In this document: piece after piece, positions 12,901 to 26,415 of the stretch | Layout of the letters: the number at the start of each line of letters is the position of its first letter | How positions within the stretch are numbered: the stretch's first letter is position 1 | Assembly: GCA_964304625.1 (NCBI GenBank) | Contig: OZ199839.1 | Span: forward strand, 2,684,519 to 2,748,518 | Direction: 5' to 3' | From: Kudoa neothunni | Lineage: Eukaryota > Animalia > Cnidaria | Length of the DNA: 64,000 nt | Program-made: the position numbers and the translations under genes | Notes under the pieces: generated by a model | The model's database searches: none | What the model saw: the letters and a program-made list of their open reading frames with translations, nothing else | Told to the model about the DNA's origin: nothing

Positions 12901-14277
12901 ATTTTAAATTTGATATATACCTTACATGGACAAAATAGCTTGGTGGGAATAGGTGAAATGCATTTTAAATTGGCACGCAATATGTACCAACATATGTACC
13001 AACTACCAGCTCGAACAAATTTTTATTCTTAATGCCAAATTTCACTTTACTTCTTATTTATTTTACTTAATGAAAAGATTTTGAAAATCTTTAATTTTTC
13101 CGCACAATATAAATCTTTTTATTTGGCATCGTTTATGAGATGTATTTAATTAATTTTATTTAAATTAAATTTGAACACAGAATTAGCCTGATCAGAGGGG
13201 TTTCTTAAGCATAGATCCATCGAGTATTAACTGCGATTTTCTTCACTCCGCGCACTTGAAAGAGTAATTAAAACTGACACACGAACTTCGACCAAAAGAC
13301 GTGTTCTCCGAATCAAAAGCTGAAGCGACTTGTAGCACTAAGTCTTCTTGTATATTTAGAAAGTTTGATTTTGATTTTGCATTAGTAACGGCTTGTATTT
13401 AACAATACAATAATAATTTATCAATGACATCATTGGATGTGTTCGATATCTAGATGAATCGCGGGAAGGTTAACAGTCAAATAATTTTTCATTTATTTTA
13501 AGGTGTTTCATAAATTTGAATTTAATTGGGTTTCATTGTGAGCCAGAGTTTACGCACTCCTGGTATATATATATATATATATAATTGGTTTTATCATCAA
13601 AAACAAAATAAAATCATAGAAAGAACTAAAATAATTAGTCTAACTCATTTTAATAGTTATTGGTTATTGCGTAATAGTCATTTCTTTACATTCTCCCTTC
13701 GAGATATTTATTGATAAATAAAATTAATATTTGGACAGTTTAGAGAAATTCTCCAAGAGGAAGAGGACCTGTCGGAAATTGTGCAACTAGTTGGAAAGGT
13801 AGAAACAACTTATTTAATTTGATAATGAATGTGTTTAAATTGAATTAGGCTTCGTTGGCTGAAACCGATAAAATCACATTAGAAGTAGCCAAAATCATCA
13901 AAGAAGATTTTCTTCAACAAAACAGCTACACGCCATACGACAAATTTTGTCCTATATACAAAACTGTGGGAATGATGTCAAATATATGCCTTTTTTATGA
14001 ACTTGCGAGAAAAGCTGTTGAAAGCACCAACAATCAAACTGATCAAAAAATTAGTTGGGCTGTGATTCGAGAACAAATGGGTACAACTATTCTATATGCT
14101 CTTAGTACGATGAAATTTAAAGTAATAATTGAGCCAATTCCAGCCTCATTCATCCAGGTTTTTTTCTAATGTATTTTGTAGAATCCTGAACTCGACAGCG
14201 AAGAAAAAATCCGTCACGAACTCAATGAACTAGCCGAACAAATGCAAACTGCATTCAGACAATTGATGGACTTTTAG
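6904..14277 (+). CDS. ATP6V1A: V-type H+-ATPase catalytic subunit A (13 exons)
   Basis: Motifs GVSGPVV, P-loop [34 protein letters not shown] and [17 protein letters not shown] introns at 6977-7041, 7086-7177, 7263-7307, 7418-7472, 7578-7625, 7764-7816, 7969-8012, 8176-8227, 8639-8691, 8836-13738, 13799-13848 and 14122-14181. TAG at 14275-14277. Confidence 0.97.
8970..11666. mobile_element. Tc1/mariner(pogo)-type MITE in V-ATPase intron 10, split by a piggyBac insertion
   Basis: Inverted, diverged copy of the element at 40704-42152. Right end AAAATCGATTACCTACTG+TA at 11666; the left end is degraded, so the start is approximate. Confidence 0.75.
10066..11298 (-). mobile_element. piggyBac transposon relic
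   Basis: Right end GGGGTCCAAATGGACCCCAGTTTACTTGGAGGG+TTAA. ORF 10306..10605 has the piggyBac-type segment [13 protein letters not shown]...DRF. Confidence 0.75.
11700..13562 (-). mobile_element. hAT (SPIN/Charlie, GTF2IRD2-like) transposase relic
   Basis: Broken frames carry [32 protein letters not shown] and DDAPFMAG...FYCII (decayed TDGAPAM / HCIIH). hAT-like end GTTTACGCACTCCTG at about 13562. Left boundary approximate. Confidence 0.7.
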
Positions 14278-15329
14278 TAATACCTCATTGAGAAATGATA
14301 TGAACGTTTTGCTGCTATGGCAAAATTACGATTTTATATTTAGCGTTTTGTCGTTATTTTTCAACCATAAAGCGAATGAATTTTTTAGAAATATGTGCGC
14401 GCCGCTACAGCTACATACCTTAATTACAATACAGTATCGATTGTAATTAGCATACCAAATTCGTTTAATTTTAGTTTGTTTCATGAGATATTAAAAGTGC
14501 TGTTTTAATTATCCAACAATATAAGGTCAAAAAACTCCCATTAAATTTTTTTTAAATCATTTTATTGCAAGATAAGGCTAATAAATTGACTAAGCAAAAT
14601 TATGTTAATGAGTAGAGAAACTGATTGGTCGATGGTTATTTGAAAAATGGAGATTTAGCGCTTTATCAGGCCTATAGTTCGTCGTTATTGTATGTGAACG
14701 TAAATTAATTTATTTTAGCTTCTGTATATTATGTAAAGGAATTAATCTAGAATTTGTTTTATTATATATTTTGTTCAGAAATAACATAAAGATTATTATT
14801 ATCAACGTAATATCAATTTGTGGTAATACAAAGAATAACCGATAGCAAATAAACGCGCACGCATTTATTTTCCTTTATTATTCTTTGTGGATAGTAGAAC
14901 TTTTTAAATATACACAACAAAAAAATATAGCGTGCGATTTTTTAGGAAGAGAAATTATCATTTCTTAAAATAATTTTGTTGATGTAATATATATTGTTAA
15001 AATAAGTTCAAATTTAATGAATGATTAGTTCAATGAAATTGCAAAAATAAATCTTTGTTATTTATTTTCTAGAACTTAATCAAAACAATTACTCTTATAT
15101 ATTTAAATCCTGCATTTATGAATCTTGTTTGGTTGACAACTGGAATAAGATCCTCCAGAAATATAATTTATTCTATTTAAATTTACATTAAATTGATTCT
15201 CTTCATCAAATAATTGAAAAAACTGTTTACTTTAATCTAAGTATTTTTAATTAATTTTTATAAAATAGTTGTATTTTAATATTTTGACGAATCCAATTTG
15301 AATTTGAATAAACAAAAACAGCGACATTA

Positions 15330-17007
15330 CCGTATATACTCGAGTATAAGTCGCAGTCTTAAACCAAGAATTTATTAATGCTTAAACTTTTAACAATTTA
15401 CAAAGTATATTTTAAATAGAATCTGATTATTTTAAGATTAACAAAGAAAATATTCATTATGCAAAGAATAAAATGATTATTTCAAAAAAATTAACAGACT
15501 GTTAATATCCAGCGTCGTCATCATCATCCTCAGCCGACCAAAACTCATCCTCACCGAAGAGGCGTGCACTTTGTTCTAATGTCAAAGTATCGTCGTAAAT
15601 TTCGTCTATCTTTTCTTCTGTAATACTGTGTACTTCGTCTTCAGTTACATTCATCGCATTAGAAATGTCACATTTTTTGGACGATTTTTGAATTATACTC
15701 GCGTCTATGGAGAGCCAAGAATCTTTTACCCATTTAGCTACCAATGTTAATGCAGGTCTCTTAAAATTTCCCGATGCCGTCTTTTCCGCCAATCCGTCTG
15801 ACATCTATTTGGTCCATTGATCGCGTACTTTACATTTGAATGGAAAATTTAAAGAAATTTCTAAAGGTTGTAATATTGAGGATAAGCCCGAAGGAATAAC
15901 AGTAGTATCTGTTTTATAGTCGTTTTTGACACGTTGTTTGACATCATCAACGAGATGAGCTCGGAACATATCCCATACTAACAGACATGGGTTTTTATCC
16001 AAATATGAAGTCCTTACGCATCCATCCATCCTTTCTTGTGAACATGAATGACGACTCCAAGTGGGAATTATTCTTTTGGAAACGTTTTCCGTTTAAAAAT
16101 TATCATTAGAGGAAATTTATTTCCATCCGCCAAACCGGTTAAACCGACGATAAAGTGTGTTTTTTCGTGACCAGTAGTTCTAACCGTCACGGCTTTGGTT
16201 CCTATGTTATTAACTGTCCGGTTACCAGGAGCATCAAAAAACGTAGGTGTTTCGTCCATGTTTCCACTTCCACTTCGACTAAGATCATAATTTCTCGTTT
16301 TTCTTATAACTATAACATATTTATGAGCGTTGATAATCTTGTCTTCCAAATCGGACGGAATTTTTTGGCAAATTTTGGTCCTTTGTCTGACAACTAAACC
16401 ATGCCTGTTCACAAAATGCGTGAACCATCCAGCAGATGCTTTAAAGTTTGAGTCCTTTATAACATCTTTGGATTTTAAGCGAATCGCTCCACGCGGCACT
16501 ACGTATCCGCTTTGTCTCATTTCCTTTATCCAATTGATTAACTCTTCCTCTCCGCGGATAAATTTGGACTTTTTTCTCCTATTGGCTTTTTTTGAAACTG
16601 GCATTTCCTCCAACTGCAGAAAAGATTTTCTCCAATCGCGTACTTGCCTTTTTCTAACTCCATTTTTATTAGCCGTAAGTCGATTGCTGTCGCATTTGAT
16701 AGCATATTTTGCAACTTTTAATTTGAATTTGGCGTCATAACAGTGTCTTTTTTTAATGGAACTCATTATCCTAACATAAGTGAAATACATATTAAATATC
16801 AAAAAATCAATCCAATCGTTTTAATTAAAAAAATATTTTTTTATATATAATGATAAAAGGTAGAACATAAACTTATTACGGATGATTTATATACTTTACA
16901 AACTATGAGTCTAATTTTTACGTCGATGTCTCGTGTATAAGTCGCACGAGGTTTATGAAGTAGAGTATTTTGAAAATAAAGTGCTACCTATACACGAGTA
17001 TATACGG
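15330..17007 (-). mobile_element. pogo/Tigger DNA transposon with a disrupted transposase
   Basis: TIRs CCGTATATACTCG(A/T)GTATA flanked by TA at both ends. ORFs 16068..16802, 15805..16029 and 15502..15804 give a Brinker-like DBD, CENP-B HTH (FKASAGWF), NMDET, WDMFRAH and LQPLE, with a frameshift and a stop. Confidence 0.93.
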
Positions 17008-17374
17008 TAGATGGAGAAAAATGTTCGAAACGTAAACATTTCAATTTTCTTAGAGGGTTATCGTATCAGTAAGTGAGTCATTATTCCGAAATTAAATTTT
17101 AACATTAACGTTGGAATATTATAATTAAATTATACGAGTTTTAGGCTTATACATCGATATGTAATTATCTTCACGTATTTCAACAATTAACAAAATGAGA
17201 AATAAAATAAGCGAAAAATTCTTCTGTATGGTTTACCCTAGTACAATGCAACCTCGGAGTTCAACCAAAAATTTTGAGCCAGAAAAGCTATTGATTTCGA
17301 ACACATATAGAAAGGATATTCAGAAAAAATCCAGTTGGAGTAAAAAACAGTTTTTTTGTTTACAAAGTTAAATT

Positions 17375-17860
17375 CCTGCCTCAACTAGTTAGGTTGTGAA
17401 GTTCGGCTGGTTAGACCTTCTCCATTCACGCTGTAGGAACCGCTGCGGCAGATTACCGCGACTTATGTTTATGCGGTGATATGGGATTTTAACCCAAAAA
17501 ATATCATCGTTTCGGAGCAACCACCACCCCAACCATACCCTGGACAAACCCAAAATTATTCTGGTAAAGTCTTCTAAATGGGGACTTTGGCTCTATGGAA
17601 ACCCCCTCTGAGTTTTATTTCGTTCCTGTACCCCGACGTTTATGGGTTTATGAGCGCCCGAGTTCTACCCTTCCGCCAGACTCCTCTCCCAGCTGCGAGC
17701 AAGACCACGATAAACCGTAGATCCTTGCGATCAGATTACTACAGCCTTCCTACTTAATTTCGAATTAGGAGTACAGGGAAGCCTGGACTAGGCCTCGAAT
17801 TCACAACCTCAAATTATGCGAACATCATTGAAAGAGAACCACTCGTAATCTATCGTATGA
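17375..17860 (-). mobile_element. tRNA-derived SINE, longer copy
   Basis: GC-richer block. Its minus strand begins with a decayed A/B box head (GAGGTTGTGAATTCGAGGCCT) and shares AATTAAGTAGG(A/G)AGGCTGTAGTAA...GCAAGGATCTAC with 45559-45700. Confidence 0.6.
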
Positions 17861-18392
17861 CAGCCCAAAAAATATTCATCCCTTATTTCATTCTTATCAT
17901 TATATTTTATATTTGTTATATTTTATAAACACAAGACATGCTTGTTTTTTTAATAAATACGAATAAAAATAGTCATTTATTGAGGAGCGGTAACGGATCA
18001 AACTAATTTTGAATATTTTGCATTGGAAAAATCATTCGGAGTTCGAACACACTTCTAGAACGGATTATGGTCGAAGTCCGAGGTTGCACTTTATGTATCA
18101 TTTCGAATTGTCTCCTGAGCGCTCCAGTTAATATTTTTATTTCAATCAGAAGATTATTAGCTATAAATTCAGATCACATAATAATAGGAGGCACTTTAAA
18201 TCAGATTATCGCTAAAATGGCACGCTCATCCCTTTGAACAACTTCAATTGAAATCATAGCATATAACGATGATATTTAGAATAATCGAATAAACAGAGGA
18301 TATTTTCACACAATTTCAATCGCATAAAATACTATTAATTTAGGCGTCCAAATAAAGACTATTTTAAACAACTGACACCAACAAAAACTAAT

Positions 18393-18941
18393 CTAGATTG
18401 CGGTTATTTTTTTGCATGCTTATTTTTTCTTTCGGTTGCAGCAAGGACACGACATTGTTTCTTGATGACTCTTGAACGCTAAAAAATTATTAATCTTTCA
18501 CACACTGACCGACCAACAACTAGGCTGAAGTTACCAATCTTTTAAGATGTTGAACCTTGAATCTTTCGAAATCATTGAGAGAGCTTCTAATAGCTCTAGC
18601 AGCTTGATGCTTAGCCCAGCTGGTTTCAGCCCATTTCTTCTCAATCTCGGCTTTATCAAAGGCTTCCTTGACAATTCTGGAAGGGGAATGATGGCATATT
18701 TTAACATTAAACTTTGTCAGTCGGATGGTTCTAATATTGACGCTTTGTCTTGGAACACCGGTGCTGGGACCATCGATGAGAACCCACTTTTGAGAAATTG
18801 GGTTCACAATAACGGCCAATTTTCCCCTAAACTTGCCGTCCTCAATATGAACAACTTTTCCAATCTCTACTTGATTTTTAAATGTAACCTAAACAAATAT
18901 ATCAGTGAAAGAGTGAATTTTACAGAACCATGTCGTACCAT
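18393..18941 (-). CDS. RPL14: 60S ribosomal protein L14 (eL14), 3 exons
   Basis: ATG-only first coding exon (18941-18939), with introns 18938-18889 and 18534-18479. Motifs VEIGKVV, VLIDGPSTGVPRQ, KWAETSWAK and LNDFERFK. TAG at 18395-18393. Confidence 0.95.
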
Positions 18942-20183
18942 CGAATGAGTCGTCAAAAGCGTGTGTCGCCCGAATTCGCACGACATCTAACCGAGAATAT
19001 GAATTGATGTTGTCTACCTAATTCTTAATTTTCTGATTTATATTTTGAATTTTTCTAATTATTATGTAATAGAAATATAAAATTATATATCTTGATTATT
19101 TTTGAGAGAATTAATTCGTTTACGTCGTCTAAAACGTATTTACTTAATTATAGAATTGAATAAATAACGTCATTCCTCGAAATTATTAAAAATATTAAAT
19201 TTCATTAATTTATAATTGTGAGAAACAAATTCCAATCCCAGGCACTTCCAGGTTTTTCAGTAATGCGTGCGCTATTTATTGCAAACATTAAAACTAGTAC
19301 TGCCTAACTAAATGAAACCTCTAGCCATTTTTTTCGGGAAGAATCATAATTGTTTGTTAATGGCATAGTGATATTTACTTATACAGAAAAATTTATAAGT
19401 GGCTCAGAAAATTCAATGTTATGACTTTATTTGGTTTGTGTTGACAACTTCCCGCATTTGAGTAACAACATCCAGTAAAGAGCACATTCTGTTGCTTATG
19501 AACGTTTTGATAGTTCAAGCGGAAGAAAATATTCTTTCAGGAATAGCGTAACAAAAAAATAGTTAAAATAGAGATGTGCAATATTTTCCGATGGAATCAA
19601 AACTATGTTTCTGGTAAACAACGCTCCAAATGCGGTCGAATCAAATCTAATCTTGTGACATCATCACTTCATGGATATTTATTGTATTCAACTTCAATAA
19701 ATAAGATTTATTTTTGATCAACATTTTCAGTTTCAATGAGTTTCTTGACAACGCATAGAGTATGGAATTGTGGTTTCATATTAGAATTAAATATACAACT
19801 CAGTTTTTGAAAAATAGGTGTTTTGATTAATTCAACAATTTTTCTAGATACCGCCTAGCCATAATATTGCTTGCTAGTTCAGGAATTAATTGAATAAATA
19901 TTTAACAGTAATCAATTTCATTAACATGCATAGGTAAGTTTAAATATAATATATTAAATCATCTATTATTTTATTAACAGATTTACCTCCTCTATTGCAA
20001 TCATTAGGTAAATAAACTTTATTTGAACAAGAATGCTTTCGCTCGACGAGCTTTACAATAGGAGATATGAACCAAATAAAAAAGTAACATTACAGTTTAT
20101 GTTCACGATGATTTTTATGTTATTGAAAAATAATTGTAAGACATTGAATAAGATCCCAATTACCAAAGAACCGCTTAATTATA

Positions 20184-23100
20184 GACAGTGGCTATTGACA
20201 CGACAATTAATTTCTCCAAAATTACTATTAATTCAAGTCTGAAATTTTAAATATTGTTTTAACATACTGTTTTATATTAAATAATGGAATTTGATCAAAA
20301 AAGTTGTTCATCTAATTTTGGGTTTTTATGACAACATTTTCACTTAATTCAACTAATAAATAATATATAAATTATTTATTTTTACATATTTTATTACATA
20401 GAGCTATAATGTATGTTTTGAAGTAAAATTTGAAAGAATATCTTCTTTGTAACATTAGAAATGAACGGATTACATTTAAGTCGTGATATCGACAAAGTTG
20501 AATTCTAGCGTTGCAAAGTTAACAATAAATATAGCAAAACATTCGTAATCAATATGAAAGTTAACAATCTACTTTAATATAATTAAATTAATTAGAATTT
20601 TTATTTAATTTGGCGGAGACTTTTCCTTTTTCGTTGCTCTTAATTGCTGTCAAGCCGTAACCTTTAGGCTTCCCAACTACCTTAACTTTCCTAGGAAGTG
20701 TAAGATCTAAACGTAATAATATTTTCTACATTAAGTTATACATCTTTTAATTCTGGAGGGTTTATTGATTCTCTGTTTTCGACATCAGTTATGTCCGGAT
20801 TAGGGGCGGTTCCAATTACATCCTTTTCAAGCGGCTCAGGTGGAGGTGTATCCTTTATTTGCGGAATTTCAACAAGACTACTTTCTAATTAAACAAATTT
20901 GCCATGTTTTCATAACTTAAACCTATGCTATACCTGAGGAAATTGGTGCAATGAAGTCAACGTCACTATCATACCCATCAATACCTGCCTCTAAGAGTGT
21001 GCCAAACTCTAAATTAAATCATAGTTTTCAAACATAGAAACGTTTTACCTATCAATTTCTTCAAACCCGCCAGATTATGATTTTTAATAATGTTTTCACC
21101 CACTTTGAATAATTTGATGCAGTGATCGAATATATTCCCCGCGATACTCAGCAGAAGACGAGGATAATTTATTGGTATATACATTAGCCAACTTCATGCG
21201 TTTGGAAAAAGTGGTTATAATATCATGTTGCTTTTTTTATAACAATACCATTTGGGATGATGTTTTGAGTTGAGTCATTTTTAGTTTTGACAAAATTTGA
21301 TATATGTTCTTTGTTCCATCTGGGATGATATATATGTGGGTCAAACAATGGTAATAATAATTTTGATCTTTGTGTCAGAATGTGTTGGCAAGGTAGCTCA
21401 TAAGATCGATAAAACTTACATGTACAAAAATTGATAGTAGAATTATAATTTAATCCACAATCAAATTTTGTTTCCATCTTTCTCAATTCTATAATTACAA
21501 GTTTACAGGAGAAGGAAGTTAAGTGATCCCAATACTTTTTTTCAACCTCATTTTCAATATTCCTATAGGATGTCTTAGATAATTCGGTCACTATACGGCA
21601 AATTTTTTCTGTTCTGAATGAATTCAAAAGAATAAAGAATTTTTTATCGCGCTCTTCACTTTTGAATTAAAAGCTTCTAGTCGATTATTTGTTAAATTAT
21701 TGTAAGTGTCAAGCTTTACTGAATGATATGATCCATTGTAATTTATTGGATCCCAATTTTTCTTGAAATAGATATTGAAATCCAAAATATTATAACTATA
21801 GAGCTCATCACATAAGTTTTCATATTCCACTACATTTTTAGTATGCATCATTTTTTAAGGGTGAATAACATGGATTCTTTTGTTTCATTATTAATATTAT
21901 AATTCGTAAATTTTAACTCTCGTTGAAAAATCTGTATAACGTGAAATTTACAAATAAACATTTCGGCATTGGAAAAATGATTCTTCATAAATTTTCGAAG
22001 CTTTAAATCCTTATCAGTAACAATCGAGAGGATTTTTTCCTTTATCCAAGGAACAATTGAAATCAGTTCATTAATGTACCAGTCAACTACTACTTTAGTC
22101 TCCTCAAATATTATACATGCACTATTTAGATGTGTCAAACCCATAGAGTCTTCAGAAACCGTCAGGTACAAGGGGGCCCTAAAGTTAGAATATATAGATA
22201 ACTTTAATATCTTAAAATAATAAAAATAACCGCGAATCAAGTAATTTGTAGGTTGCGTCAATTGACAGATATTCGTGGATGAAAAAACATCCTTCATTTT
22301 TTCATCCACGAATAGAATTGCACTAACTTTGTTTGTTTCACCTGCTAGTATTCTAACATCACAATTATAATCTTCCTTTACTAATTTATAAACGAAGTTC
22401 ATATCAATCTTCTGCGTGGATAGATTTTTTTTAATATTATATATAGACTTCAATGTTATCATTTTACCGGTTTCTTGTTGTATTTTGGATTGAATCAATT
22501 TTTTGTTGGCGCACAAAGAAACTAGTTCCAATACCCTTTGATCATTACGATCCAATTTTCGTTGTGGAGGCAAAAATTTAAAAAAAGTTGGGTTGGTTTC
22601 ATGATTGTGGCTTAAATTGAGTGATTTTACTTCGAGCATTTTTCCGTCTGAACTTACTCTTAGTGATACATGAACAGGACAGGTGCCTTTCATGGTTTAT
22701 TTTTCTCGAATACCCTTTGATCTGTCTTCATATTGGTCACTAAAATAACAAACATATTTGATGGAGTAGTAATTTAAGTTTTCGTTGAATTTTTTGGTGA
22801 GGACTCGCTTTAGGTTTGATAGTTTTTTTGAGTCACGCTTAATCAAGACACAGCATGATTGCTGTTCAAAATTATGTGTAAACTCTTCTAATTGCGTAAA
22901 AGAGTCAAATTTTTTACCTACTTCAAATAAATCAATATCGGTTCTATTTGCCATTTTCCATATATGCGCCGCAAATATTTTACTTTAATTTTACAAATTT
23001 TCTAATTCAAATTATTATTAATCAATATTTACCTAATATATGTTTATATGAGACAAGTGTAACAATTTTGACTTTCTGCCTTTCTTGAAATTAAACTTAA

Positions 23101-23296
23101 TTTTCCCAATATTATTAATGGAAAAGTCAATAAAAAAATTTTGTAACATAAATAGATGTTTTAGGAGATCAATATATTTTAAAACAATATATAAAATTTC
23201 AGACTTGAATTAATAGTAATTTTGGAGAAATTAATTGTCGTGTCAATGGACAGTCCCGGCAAGGGATTATACGCTAGCGTGTCAATAGCCACTGCC
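20184..23296 (-). mobile_element. Mutator-like (MULE) transposon with a SWIM-domain transposase pseudogene
   Basis: Long TIRs start G(A/G)CAGTGGCTATTGACACG, with a perfect 9-bp TSD TTAATTATA (20175-20183 and 23297-23305). Motifs IDATYK, TDKD, CKFH, TNNRLEAFN and SWIM CTCKFYRSYELPCQH. In-frame stop at 22697-22699 plus frameshifts. Confidence 0.92.
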
Positions 23297-26200
23297 TTAA
23301 TTATATCATTTTTGGATTGTCATGTTGTTCTACTGTCTAACATGAAAATAAGATTTACACATTGTAACTCAATGATTGTTTGCTCTACAAAATTCCTAAT
23401 AATTGATAATATAATTTTCTCTTTTTGTTTTTTATAGGCCATTTTAGATTTTTTCGTAATACAAATCATGTAATGAGAAAATACCAAGAATACTTCTTGG
23501 GCAACCTTCTCAAGCGAATATCAAATAAACGTAAACCGAATTACGTTAATACTCTTACAAAATATTCGAGTAAAAACACTGTCATGTTTTCTTGCAATAA
23601 ATCACCTCCATAAGATCCATATTAAATTAAATTATTACAGTTAAACACAAAATACATAATTATTCATTCTTCAATTCGTTGAAAATTGTTTTTGTGTCAT
23701 TTTTTATTTAAATAATTGTGTTACAGCCTTTTGTTTGACGTTCGTATAAAAAATTATACCTAAATGAGATTTCATCTCCATGTAGGACCATTTATCCATG
23801 AAAAATACAAATAATCAGTAAATTAGATAATTGTTATTTAATTTTATTTGTATATCAATAAATTTAAAACAAGCTTAACATTGGATACGACCAACATCGA
23901 ATTATTTTCCAGAACTTAAGCATTGAGAATGTCAAAATGCATAACACGCTTCGACAAAATTTCAAAATAATTCGCAGTCATGATGAGACTGTACATCATC
24001 ATTTTTACTGATGAAAAAGTCAAAAATAATAATCTCAATTAAAACATAATATTCTAAAATGTATTAATTTTCATAAACTTTTGCCAAATTTTTTCGATCT
24101 GAATTTCTATATTATTTTGCTTTCAGGAATAAATTATTAAAAAGTATAATTTTACTTTAATTTACGTAAATTTATGCTGAAAGTATTTTAATTACAAATA
24201 AAACATCGCACAAATTATAAAAAAATTTTTTGAAGATTTCTCTTGAATACAAAAACACGTTTATGTTTCCATTTTTTAGAATCTGCGATATTTTCATGTT
24301 TTGGGAACATTATTTTTCGATTATGCAATTTAAAAAAGACAAGAGTGCCAAAATCCGACCAAAAATGATATTCGTTGAAAATCGGTAATAATCGTCATCT
24401 TGGGTTTATATCAATCATCACTATCTTATTCTTTTTAAAAACGCCATTTCTTAAATTCAAAAGATAGAACTAAAAATTTACTGACTTATCCACCCTAATA
24501 TACCATAAAATAATATAAAAATATTATAAGCTACATGTCACGATTAAAAGAGCCCAAACATAGTCTGACGCTATTATCACTGAGATAAAGTGAGGATATG
24601 TTTAATAAGTGGGGATAAAGATCGGTTCGATGACTGAACTCTAGTATAGGCCCCCAATCTGACGCCACCATATTCAGAGAAACGTATGCTTCTTCCGTTG
24701 AGAAAATTGTACACCATTTTCTAATTAAAAAGGACCATTTCTTAGTTATTTTAAATTAAGTTAAACAGAACGGCAATTCTGGGGCGTATTGTTCCCATTT
24801 TTAGCGCTTTTCATTGTTTTCGTCGAAAGTGGTCGCAAAAATCTTTTTTGCTCTTCTCACTTGAAGCGAATCAAAATTTGTCCCAAAATGTTAAAAATAA
24901 ATTCTTCACATAATCTCATATACGATGGTGAATTCAACAATATGATCCTCATTGTGCATTGATGGAGTAGGGGACCTATTCTAACTGAGATCCTGGTCCG
25001 GTTTTTGGCAAAACTGAAACCGACTTTAAAAATCTATTTTTTAATTAATGCAAGTTTACTTCTATCATCAATTGATGTAGGATTCTAAACAAGAAACGAC
25101 TAAATAAAGTTTTCAATCCAGCACATTTTTATATATTTTTTGCGTGCAAAAGACTTAACATTGATAATTAAAAGAATTATTTACAAAACCGAAAGCTGTT
25201 TTAGAAAGAAATAAGCCCTATCAATGAGTATTGTATGATAAAGAACTTAGTGAAAGTTCTAAATCAACAAATTCAATAAATTTTCGGATGTTGAAACTCT
25301 GCTGATGAAATAAATAATTATCATGAAAAATAGGCCAATAGAAGCCATAATATCACATCGAATTTTGGCAATCAATAAAAACACGCTTACCACAAGACCC
25401 ACGTGAATATTGTATTTCGTAAATACACACCTTCTTCAATGCGCAGAATTACGAATACCACAAGATAAGAGTTGGATTCGATCCGAATTATTAGAACTGT
25501 TAATTTGATGTAACGCCGTAAATCAATTCCAAGCTCATGTCTAATTCGGTTAAAGCACTGGCTATTGACACGGAAGTTTTTAATCCATACTGACTACTCC
25601 GCTTGCGCAATGTCCATTATTAATCCCAGTTACTCCCACTTATAGTTGATTTATAAAATGTATTTTTTAAAATCTGCTGTATCTAATTGTTTTTAGCTCA
25701 TCGCTACCGCTCTAAGAGGCCAAAGATAATTAAATACACTCAAAACTATACCCACCTGGATGTTACGATCCGAGTCAATGACCATTTCCTTCGGCGGGGA
25801 ATTGCTTATGATGAACCTGTTGGATTATAAAAGTATACAAGACTTGATTGTTTATATTCAAACTCATAAATTATTTCTAAATAAAAATTTTTATTAACAA
25901 TCCAAAAAAAGCAAATTTAATTCGAAAACTATTAGGTGATATTTCAGACAACGTAATTCCTTCTAAGATAATCATGGATTGTTAACAAATTATTTAAATA
26001 TTAATAATCGATCGTTTTGACACAATTACCAACGAACAGAAATATTTTAATTAAACGCAACTTAATTTGTCGTAATCTTAACTGAATCACAATACAGATA
26101 ATTCACACTCACGTCATATTTTAATTACAGGTATTAAAATCAAGATTAAGGTTGACTATTTAATATTAACGATGGATCCGGACTCATACGTGCTCATTTC

Positions 26201-26415
26201 TTCAACCTACTTAAAACAACACTAATAATTATTTGAAGCCTGAAAATATTTTTTTTAAAATAAATATCGAATAACTAAAAATTAGTTATATCGCCTTAGG
26301 AAATAGTTTCAATATCGTGGTAATCAATTCAATGTGATTATAAATAAAAATGGGAATACTTTTACTCGGAAGAATTCGGCAATTCTCATCAAAAGTCGCC
26401 CACATTTGAACGTAC

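Noticed and set aside
24536-24909. TG...CA block with AATAAA as a solo LTR
   Set aside because: No matching TSD, second copy, PBS or PPT found.
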